In this document: positions 1 through 10,520 of the stretch, one piece after another
How the letters are laid out: every line of letters begins with the position of its first letter
Position numbering within the stretch: position 1 is the stretch's first letter
DNA from: Lingula anatina
Taxonomy: Eukaryota; Animalia; Brachiopoda
Direction of reading: 5' to 3'
Assembly: GCA_051362555.1 (NCBI GenBank)
Contig: CM120641.1
Span: 9,424,001 to 9,488,000, forward strand
DNA: 64,000 bases
The notes under the pieces: model-generated
What the model was told of the DNA's origin: nothing
What the model saw: only the letters and a program-made list of their open reading frames with translations
The model's database searches: none
Position numbers and translations under genes: made by a program

Positions 1-3000
1 CCAACACAGTGTTGTCCATCCTTGAGGCCATCAGCCAGCACCCAGGTCTGACCACACAGTTCTCTGAACCAGTCATAGAGAAGATCTTACCAGCACTAGG
101 AGCCCTCATATCCAGTCAGAATGGTAAACAGAAGACTGGGGGCTATAGATACACATCTTTGTGTTATTCTTGTACGGAGAAGAATGTGAAAATTTAATAC
201 CCATTTTGAGTTTAGGGCAAATGTAATGTTTTGCTGGGGGAACCAAAATGTTGAATTGTACTTAAGCATGGATACTGCTCTTTTGTCTGACCTGACATTA
301 CAGTGTTTATCAAAAAAACTCCTGTGGCACTGATAGTAAACTGTAGTGTTTTAATATGGCAGAAATGCAGTTATTTATGCTGGACCTTTTTCATTTCCTT
401 CATCGATTTTCAGTTGATTTTAATTTTGAAAAACTATGAAAACCACAATTGTTCAGAGAGACAACTGATATAATTACTGCAGGTAACACTCGTGCCATGT
501 GTTTGAGGCTGTTCAGTGACCTGGCCACCACCTTCCTGAATGAGGAGCAGTTTGAGGTATCTCACAGAGCCAGCACCAAGCTACTACAACACATCATCAG
601 AGAGACATTGCTGCCTCAGTAAGTGACTGCCAGGTTCAATGGCAGACTTGGTTTGAATAATTTTCATACAAAATTGACAGATATAAAGGTGTGTAAAGTA
701 GTGTATATGTGGTTGTTTTTCCTGTCTTGTTGCTGTTAGGGATGTTTAAAAAATTTGCCTATGCCACTGTATATAATTATTTTTAGTGCCTTTTTTATAT
801 AAGTAATATATTATTTTGCACACAATTTGTTCTAGATATGAGCAGATTTTACTGGACCAGGATCCCTTGCCTTCCTATGGCCTGAAGCTGTTGTTAGCTC
901 TACTGGAACATAATGTGGCATTTATTAAGTAAGTTGCAGTGTTTGCCTGTGTTAGCATCAGGTGGCACACTGTTCAGTGCTATCATCTTAAGTTAAATCA
1001 GTGGTGTAAAGAGTTACATGAAGATAACTGAAAAAAATCTGATTTAAAAAAATGTAGTTGTAGAAATGACCTGATGAAGGTGCACATTTAGAATTGTCTT
1101 CTACCAAACATTACATACATGATTCACTTGGGACATCTTTCTGAATGTTATCAGATAGACTTTATGAGTGACTTTGTAATTTTCTTCTGTCAGGCAGTTT
1201 GAATCACTGGGCCTTGTACAGGTGCTCTTTCAAGTTTTGTTGGTAAGTACACAAGGTTTATCATTGTATACATTTGATCTAACAACGAGATGTGTCTTCA
1301 TACTGGCATGCATATTAATTATATGTAAGCATGTGCATTTATGCATACAGCTGTGCATAGATTAATTTTATAGAAAAAGTCATTTAAAACAAATTAACCT
1401 CAGAACTAATAATTAATTAGCATTCTTACTGAGTAAGACTATAGATTGACATTATGTAGTCCAATTTTATGCTATTATGTGAACGTTTTATATTTTATGT
1501 TGATAAATTATATAGTTTGATATTGTTATATTTTATAATCTTACATTATGCCATTATGATTTTATGTTATATAGTCCATTATTTTCCAATTATGTATGTA
1601 TGTATGTATGTATGTATGTGATTATTATGGTCCATTATAATGCTATTTATGTGATATTAGGACCATCAGAGTAACCCTGTGAGCAATGCAATGCAAAGTA
1701 TGGTAGGAATTCTCAACTGCCTGGTTTCACACAAGGAAACTGATATACAAGACCTGTATGACCAAGGTGGGTATTCCTGGGTTAAGGCTGTTCCTAGCTT
1801 TTCAAATTTTAAGTTTTACATCTCAAAATGGGAACTTATTTTTGAAACAGTGAGAAGTGCACAAAATGATTACGCTGGAGTATTTTTTAAATTTTGTGTT
1901 CCGACTACCACTTGCCACACTGAGCATTCTTAGTGTAGTGCACATAACTGTATTTAGTCATTGATGGACAAGAGTCATCATGGAGTTTGTATTATTGATT
2001 TTTTGTCTTTCAGGTCTTGTTGATCATTTGTCCAATGTGTTCATAGAGGTGACCTCATTACACATGAGTTCAGAAGACAAAGGAGATCCTAAAACGCTGT
2101 CAGCCATGATGAACTCACTGTTGGAAACCATACATTACCTGCTTAAGAATATCTCTGAGGTGGTCAGGAAGGCTCTCCATGTAATTATTATAATAAAGAT
2201 GTGGATTCTGGGTATTTCCTCCATTAATCATATGTTTCTGTGGGGAAATGAATTCATATTTTTTTCATTTTTAAACATTAAGTTATTTTGATTTTAACTT
2301 GAGAAATGAAGTACTTGTTTTGATGAGAATAATTTGCACAGGAAGCAGTCATCAGAAGCACATATGTAACATCATCTTTATTTTACCTCTGAAAAAATAT
2401 GTATGTAATTGTTTAACAGTACATACAGCAAAATAAATTGGTCAGTTTGATGTCTGATGGATATTCACACTTCATTCCAGATCTGAACATATATGCTTTG
2501 ATAGATGCATTAACAGCACTGTTTCTTTCAGTCTAAAAAAACTGGTGGTACTGATAACACTGATGCAGAGATGGCAGAACAGTTGCTGTTGAACAACAAA
2601 CCTTTCACAGAACTCACAGGATTACTCACACAGCTGGTATGCTATTGCTATTGCAGTAACTTTTATACAGTAACAAAGTAGACAATTACTCTCTGTGTAG
2701 TTTTCATATTTTTAAAAACAATTAAGTCACTTCAGTGCCCAGTTGGAATGATGCATATATGTTATCAGAAATACCGAGTAACTGATCTTCAGATCAGACG
2801 TGTCATGCGATCAGGTATGGCCTCAGGTAGAGTGCAAGATGTAGAAAACAAATGAAAGAGTTTACTAAAAAATAAACCATTTTTGGAAGTATTGACATTA
2901 TAAGTATTTTGCTGGTTGTGTATAAAAGATTGCTCTTTTCAGTTGTGTCATGAGGAGAGTGACATCCAGGAGCTGGCCTGCAAGAACCTGTCCCTGATGG

Positions 3001-4185
3001 TACAACTCTATGGGGGAGAGTATCCAGAGTCTCTGTCACCCGAAAACATGGTAAACATCACATGGCAATGCACGCACAAATAACACAAAATTTTAATGTT
3101 TTGATACCAGGTATTTTCATAATCCTCAATATCTTTGAATACTTGATTTGTCATTTTTTAAAACCATCAAACTTGTATTTAAATACAAGTTTTGTAACAT
3201 TTAAAAATGTTACAGGAATGCTACAGTGAGGCTCTAAAAATGGCAGATTCAAAAAAGCAGAAAATTATTTTGAGAATCATCAAGAGATTGGTAAGTAACA
3301 TGGATGTGGATGCAGTTTATAGCAAGTGTATTTGTGTATTATTTATCATATTCAAAACTGAGTTGTACAGTAGATTTGAAGTTTTCAAAGAAGTTGCTTT
3401 AATGATAATGAAAATACAGAGTTACTTGAAGTAAATGTTAAATTGCAAGCCAATTTATTCATTTTAGAGATGACGCTTTTAAATTAAAACTTTGTGACTG
3501 ATACCTGAACCAACAAAAGTGTCATTGATATCATATATGTAATTATCATTTGTGTGTTGTCCCAGGTTAGTACAGGTGAGGAACATGCCAGGATGTTGAG
3601 GGAGGAGGGATCACTGCTCACAGATACAATGAAGAAACTGGCAGATGCTGCTAGGTAAGGGGGTTCATATACTGGGCCAGGTAAATGGGCTCACATACTG
3701 GCCCAGGTAAGGGGGCTCACATACTGGCCAAAGGAAGAGGGCTCAACAAACTGACTTTTGACCTATTAAACAGGCCTAAGGCTTGAATGAACTCAAACTT
3801 ACTTTACTTAAATTATTTTTTAATGAAGATCATGTGGTATTGAAAAAAAATTATATATGTGGCCAAGTGCTAACAAGCTCCCCCAGCTTACATTGCCCTG
3901 GCCAGAGGTCATTATATGTCAATCATGATATACTAAATTTAGGTTCCACTACCTAGAAACTTAGTTGCCCTATAAAATTACCATTATTTCCTAATGATAA
4001 AAAAGTAAAATATTTTTAAAAAGACTAAACCTTTTTTCTTATGGGGCATGGCATCTCAATTCTACATATAAGGGTTTACTTCACTTATTCTGTTTTATTT
4101 TTTCTTCTTCATTTTTAGCTCGCATGCAGATGTAGCACTATCCTCACTTGCATCAGAGATCTTAAGATCTGCTGGACTGGACTGA
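1..4185 (+). CDS. ULK4: ULK4 (Unc-51-like pseudokinase 4), C-terminal HEAT/ARM region; 5' part lies outside the window
   Basis: Exons joined in frame at GT-AG sites: <1-123, 483-618, 836-928, 1194-1242, 1661-1766, 2014-2180, 2532-2636, 2943-3050, 3216-3290, 3566-3654, 4119-4185 (TGA). Peptides YEQILLDQDPLPSYGLKLLLAL, QDLYDQGLVDHLSN, LYGGEYPESLSPEN, KQKIILRIIKRL and ADVALSSLASEIL parallel the vertebrate ULK4 C-terminus as I recall it. Confidence 0.9.
3653..3745 (+). repeat. 26-bp minisatellite (~3.5 copies) that duplicates the last ULK4 splice donor
   Basis: Unit aggtaagggggYtcaYatactggScc; AG|GTAA recurs with GT at 3655, 3681 and 3707. Confidence 0.85.
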
Positions 4186-5094
4186 TTGTTACACTTCATC
4201 CAAACTGTGAAGAAAAAAATTTTCAGGATGTGTATTTTGGAATAACATAAAACTTACAGAGATACAGTAAATCGTACTGTTAAACGTGCATAATAGCAGA
4301 TTGGTAGAAACAAGTTACGTTTTCTGTCAGGCAATCAAAAAGCTTTTAGACTAGATTTGCCTCACTTATTGCATCATGTTAAAAGGTGTAAAACGATTGC
4401 CTCAAAACTTATCCATATTATTTTTGGATAGCTTGTCATGTCTTCATATGTTGACTGTATTTTTATTGGTAGCAGTACAAATATTTAAGCAGCTTGTGTG
4501 TAAATTTGATGTTTTGTTTGTATATAGTGATGTATGTACAAATAAATCTGTTTTGGTTTTAAATAAACTTTGAACTGCTTTTCTTTTGTGCTGTGAAGGA
4601 ACCAAATACAAACCGTAACTGAAGTTTCACTCAAGTCAAAGTAAAATAAAGCATTTTTCACATGAAATTCGTTCACAGAATTTTAAGTCACTTTTATTAC
4701 AAGTTTTTCCATTCTTCACAATATAAAATGTGTTATTATATGGCTACATTTGTGCCAAGTCAAAACCAAACTGTTTTCAGAAGTAATTTCTAAAGTACTG
4801 TCATTGTTGTTCCAACTTTGGGGAGGGGGGGGAGGAAAGAATTTTTTATGTATTACCTATTTATCATTTTCCTCAAAACTTTTATCCATAAAATTTACAA
4901 TGTAGCAAGAAAAGCCTCAAGTACCCCTTCACAGACATCAACGAGTTTGCTTTAACAGAAAAATTCAATTATAATTATTGAAAATGTTATAATTCACATT
5001 GCACATGTATGAGCAAATTGCCTTGCAGCAATCAAATACTCCGAAACCAAACCACAAGTTAATTACAGGACTGGGAAGAAAAAGATATTGGTTT

Positions 5095-5152
5095 CTCTTT
5101 TAACCACTGAGATCTTAAGTGACTCTTTTAACCACTGAGATCTTAAGTGACT
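5095..5152. repeat. Exact 28-bp tandem duplication in the presumed UBE2F 3' UTR
   Basis: ctcttttaaccactgagatcttaagtga x2. Confidence 0.9.
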
Positions 5153-5615
5153 ATCTACAATGACATAACTGTTGATACTTGTTAACTTTCACAATGAGAG
5201 CACCTCGAGTAGATCTGCACCTGAAGATCTGAAACTGCTCATAACTGACCAATTAAAAAATACCTTCAAAATACCAACTGTTATGGTTAAAAGGCATCTT
5301 GGTAGTAGTAGTATAACAATGCAGGTAAAATAACAATTAGCCATGCAAAGGACCCACGTTCTAGCATATTCTCCCCATGTTTCAAAAAGTTCCTCTCTGA
5401 ATTGCCCTTGACAGCAACATACACACTGCTCCTATTTAAGTCAGCAAACACCAAGCAAGGTCATCCTTGTTGAAATCTCAGTTTCCTGAAATTCCATGTG
5501 TTTATGGCTTTGGTGCCAAGCTTCACTTTTGTGAAATTTCTCAATCCTTTGTTACAGAAACTGTCTATAAAAGGAGGGACCATTTCTTTTCCACTTGGTG
5601 CACTCAAATCTTGGT

Positions 5616-7766
5616 TTACCTTTTTGCATATCTCTGAATATAGTCTCTTACTTTATGTTTGAAACTCTCCTGGAAAAAATCATAAAGTAACCATTTTAAT
5701 TTCACTTATTCTACTACAGTATAGTTAATTACCTTTTCCAAGGAGGTTATATTTTCACCCCTGTTTGTTTGTTTGTCTGTCTGTTTGTCATCAACATAAC
5801 TCAAAAAGTTACAGACGGATTTTGATGAAATTTTCAGGAACTGTCAGAAGTGGGCCAAGGAACAGATGATTAGTTTTTGGTGGTGATCTGGATCAATAAT
5901 CAATCAATAATCAAAAATATCGAAAATTTAGGGGTTGGAGACTTTGTTGCCTTGGCGGAGGTCTGCGCTCTCTGAGTCCTTTTCTAGTTTAATACATACT
6001 GTTACGATGATGACATACTAAAATTGTATCTACTGCTAGTACCTAATGAAGTATATGATGCACATTCAGTTTCCATCACATCCACTTGATTTGTTAGATG
6101 ATTACTTTGAAAAGAAATGCAGGTAAAATTATTTTGATCTGTTTTACAGAGTGGCTATATGTGCTAAAAGATGTTACTCACTTTGTCTCTCTCATAATGT
6201 TCTGCTGCCTCGACATTTAATGGGTCATCAAAATTAAGGAGGTCCTGTACAGGAACAATAACAGTTCATTATTTTTAAAAACGACTCACAGGGTACAAGT
6301 TAAAACCTATTATAGACATATACACTGATTTTAAAAAGTGAATCTCAAAAGTGAAAAGTGACCGTCAAAAGAAGAAAGTCAAACAAAGTACAAAATTGTC
6401 TTATAACTTCATCATCAAACGGATTTGAAATATACTTACAGAAAATAGTGAATTTAGCCCCCATATGACATCTTTTAAGTGTCTTGTAGGTGCCCATCCT
6501 TTAATAATAATAATAATAATTATTATTATAATAATAACATATTTGCTATGTCAATTTCATAAAAATTTTAATTTGAATAATTTGACAATTTATTTTGTGC
6601 ACATAAGAATTCAGTGAATAACATATCATCAATTTAGAAAATTAGAGTAATTTTTCCACCTTTACCCAAACTGTAGACCTATTTCTTAATATAAACACAG
6701 CAGAACACCACCTCCTAACCATGAAAATGTCAAATTCTAACAAGAACTAAAAATTAAAATCTTTCTTTAAGTTTAAGTCTACGTTCAATCATTGCGAAAG
6801 TTATCAGAATCCCTATCAAATCACATAGATAAGAATAATATAGAAGCAAACAGTTTTATAGGATTTTTTATTAGAAGCATTTCTTACCCATGCTATCTAT
6901 AGAGTTGGTTCGTAAAAGACTAAGGCAAACTTCTCCATCCTCTGTAATATTTGGATGCCATATTCTAGTATTGCATCTGACAGTTGGTGGCTAAAAAAAA
7001 CAATTCATAGTCTATTTATTGAAGATCAATATGTTTTGTACAGTATACCTGATAAGTGATAATAGATGAAAAACAGAATACATTTCACTTAAAACACTGC
7101 TTGGTTTATCAAAACAGAAGAAACGCCATTATGGACCTTAGGTACTGTACATATACCCACAAGTTAAGCAGTCACAAGTCTTGATCTATTAGGAGCCAAG
7201 AAGAACTAACAGAATCTGATCTGTTAAAATTTACAGATGAGAAGCAGAAGCCCTGAAGAAAATCAAACAGAAGTTTTAAAAACAACCACTCCTCAACTTA
7301 CCACCATGTTATATTCTTCTGGAACATCTATAGAAAATTTATATTTCCCACCAGCATAAAAACCATCATCTGGTGTGATTGTTAATGAAAATTGATTCAG
7401 TTTGTTGGGATCTTCAAAATGTACTTTACAGCTTTTGGGCGTGTTAAGTTCCATTTCTTGTACCTCTGAAAACATGTTTTTAAAATATTACAATTTTATA
7501 CTGAAAAAAATTTAATGTGCTTACATAAACTTTTTCATTCACTTTGGAAGAATGGGTGTGGTTACAACATGTTTCTATTTAGAAAGTAAATTACTGCAAA
7601 ACAACAATAACAAAGAAGTGTAATTCATCTAGAATTAATAAAACATTGACCAACCTTTGACCAGCAATTTATCCCTGATGGAGACTCTCCGCCCACAGCT
7701 GTCATCAGAGGCCCCTCCCGCCTGCTGTGCATGCTGCTGCTTCAGTTTCTTTGCAAGAGTGATCAT
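5616..7766 (-). CDS. UBE2F: NEDD8-conjugating enzyme UBE2F
   Basis: Minus-strand exons 7766-7655, 7465-7302, 6990-6888, 6498-6440, 6244-6182, 5669-5616 give MITLAKKLK...[17 protein letters not shown]...[31 protein letters not shown]...[37 protein letters not shown]...YIQRYAKR*. Has the HPN motif, catalytic Cys and the UBE2F-type N-terminal extension. A probable non-coding first exon ends at the donor near 10234. Confidence 0.95.
5728..5990 (+). mobile_element. Non-autonomous Helentron/HINE-like element in the last UBE2F intron
   Basis: 5' attacc..ccaaggaggttat, internal (GTTT/GTCT)n microsatellite, cataactcaaaaagttacagacggattttgatgaaatttt, a subterminal inverted copy ccttggcggagg, and a ctagttt end. 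This is the layout of DINE-1/HINE-type elements. Confidence 0.7.
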
Positions 7767-8369
7767 CTCATGTGGCTGGAAACCATAACAGTTAATGCTA
7801 CAGATCTTCATCATTTAATACATGAAGGTAAAAATTATATTCATTATATGTCATGATACATATTTTATGCTTTTTTTTCAACTCATTTAACACAAACAAA
7901 AGTTACTTTGTTTTATGCAGTCTCCTCTGTCCACTTTGTTTGCATTTTTGTTGTTCTGATACTTCCCTATAACTTGATTCTACTGAAATTTTATTTAAAA
8001 TATAATTTAAAAAACTGTATCATACATACATTTTACTTTATTAAAATAAATAGTTATTAGAGATGAAAATGTTCTTTGTTCTGGAGGGCTATTTGCACTT
8101 AACATGCCATAATACCAACTTCATCCTTCAAAATCTTTCTCCGTCATCCTTGTTGTACATGTATCTGTGACACGTTCTCTAATTTTTGAATAAAATATCC
8201 TATAATTTCTTAGTTTCACTGTAGAACCTGAAGGGATAGCCCAAGTGTTATGTCTCTAGCACTCCTATTCACATTTTATATTATTCAGCTAGCTAGGGTC
8301 AGAGAAGCTGTTGATGCCAAGAAAAAACTGTCCATTTGTTGTTTTATCAAAGGTGAGTTTGATATATCT

Positions 8370-8483
8370 GGGTCCTGTCAATACTCCCCGGCACGCTTAA
8401 TCCTCCGTACCAATAATCCCCCTTAGTAATTTTTTGTATCGGTGCGGGGGAGTATTGGTGCGGGGACGTATCGACATGTAACC
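8370..8483. mobile_element. Small inverted-repeat (MITE-like) remnant
   Basis: caatactcccc / ggggagtattg inverted pair with additional sub-repeats; CpG-rich inside a CpG-poor intron. Confidence 0.4.
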
Positions 8484-8692
8484 GATATATCACAGCATTT
8501 ATTAGGATAAAAAAAGGCCCTTTGTGACGAAGAGCTAGTGGTCAGATTTCCTCAAAACTCTGGGACAAATTCTCTGACTTTTCATCAGGGTGGGACACTA
8601 ACTTGAAATTGCAAGGGACAGGGCATATTTAAGGCATGTGTATAATCAATTAAAAGTTATTTTTGTCGGATTTAAAACAAGAACAGCCAAAG

Positions 8693-9935
8693 TTAAGATT
8701 AAGAGATTAAGATAATTAAGATAAGAGTTTATTCAGCCATTAATATATAAATATAAAATTCATATAAAATGGAAATTGGACTGCTATTCGGGTTACAAAT
8801 TATAAATAAATAAATTATAAATTTCCATTTTTGTTGTTAAAATAAGACACAGCAGATGGGTAAAAACTCTTTAAAAAACCTTTTAGATCCCTTAAAAGTT
8901 AAAAGCCTGCAGTTGCTTGGTAAAAATTTAAAAAGCCCATGTGCGGGGTGGGTATAGTCAGACATGATTTTCTCTGTTTTTGTTACTGATCTATTAGTAT
9001 AGATGGCACCTAGAGAGGGGAGTTCCAGACCGATGATTTTGCCGCACGTTGATGTGACCATATCTAGACGCTTGCGTTCTTTTACAGTGGCCCGCCCATA
9101 CCATACTATGATTGCAAATGTTAATATACTTTCTATAACGCATTTGTAAAAGTTTGCTAAAATCATTTCATTTGAAGTAAAATCCTTCAACTTTCTTAAA
9201 AAATATACCCTTTGCCTCACTTTTTTTAACTGTTTGTCTATGTGGTCCTTCCATGTAAGTGAGCTATTGAATTCTACCCCCAGCAGTCTAAAATTGGCTA
9301 CTTGCTTTACTGCAGTACCACTGATATGAATGGGTTCTTTCACATTTCTATTCTTTCTGAAGTCAACAATCATTTCCTTAGTCTTCTCTACATTCAGTAA
9401 AAAATCGTTGTCTTTACACCATTGTACAACTGAGTTGACATCGTTTCTATACCAGGTCTCATCATTATCACTTATTAAGCCAATTAAAGTGGTGTCGTCT
9501 GCAAACTTCACGATGCAATTACTCTCATGAGATGAAACACAATCATACATGAACAAGCTGTACAGACATGGTGACAGAACACAACCGAGGCGCACCTGTA
9601 TTTAAAACCACAATATCAGAAGTGCTTGTACCCACTTTCACAGCTTGTCTCCTGTCTAATAAAAAATCTAAAACCCAACTGCATAAAAATGAAGGAAATT
9701 TCAGTTCGTTTAAAAGCTTAGCATAAAGTTTTGGTGGAATAATGGTATTAAAAGCCGAGCTGTAGTCTATAAATAAGATCCATGTATGTGTTTTTCTTAT
9801 CTGCATGTTCTAAAATGTTGTGTATGCACATACTAAGAGCGTCATCTACGCTTCTATTGCGTCTATATGCAAACTGAAAGGGATCAAGTGTCTCTGGTAC
9901 AATGGTTTTAATATACGACAGAACAAGTGGAACAT
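8693..9935 (-). mobile_element. 5'-truncated, frameshifted non-LTR retrotransposon (Rex1/Babar-like RT) in UBE2F intron 1
   Basis: Three overlapping ORFs (9963-9748, 9806-9543, 9595-8837) encode LDPFQFAYRRNRSVDDAL, LFIDYSSAFNTIIP, TGAP/GCVLSP, VKFADDTTLIGLI and LNVEKTKEMIVDFRK. The 3' end has AATAAA followed by short (ATCTTA)-like tandem repeats at ~8693-8733. Confidence 0.9.
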
Positions 9936-10233
9936 ACTGCTCAGTTTTATAGATCTCGTGCACCTATTCTGCTCTGAATGTAGCACAATAGTAATAACAT
10001 ATAAAACCGTAAAACTATATGCTAGTCAGCATGCGACTACGTCCTGATCACCCAGTCTTGATGTACATGTAATGGTACATGTATATGTACATGTAGTAGA
10101 ATGATAAATGGGACACCGTACCCTTGTCTTGGATATAACAATTCTTTTTAGTTTCAGAGCAAAGTTACAGTTGTATTGAAAAGTTATAGACAGATGAAAC
10201 CTCATGTTTTACAGCTATATAATATTTGGCTTA

Positions 10234-10520
10234 CCCCATGAATACTGGAAGGACCTATTGGCTGACAAATCTGATTTAGGCATCCAAGCTCGCACGATGA
10301 AAACAAAGCTTGACGGAAGTTACGATGTGCTTAGATCCATGTAAAAAAAGATTAATTTTTGATAATAAAAAAAAACCCAAAATTTTTCCTTTTGTCATCT
10401 AAGATAACAAAAGGTTAAATTTAAGTGCTGTTTTGTTAATTAAGCAGAATTTAAAGAATAAAGGCCGATATTATTACTGAGTTTTAAGAGGTTATAAGCG
10501 TCAAATAAACATGGCGGCTT
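10234..10520. promoter_or_regulatory. Probable bidirectional promoter of UBE2F (-) and VPS25 (+)
   Basis: Minus-strand donor near 10234 and VPS25 ATG at 10511 are under 300 bp apart. ETS/GABP-like CGGAAGT at 10314-10320, YY1-like AAACATGGCGGC overlapping the VPS25 start, and locally raised CpG. Confidence 0.6.
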
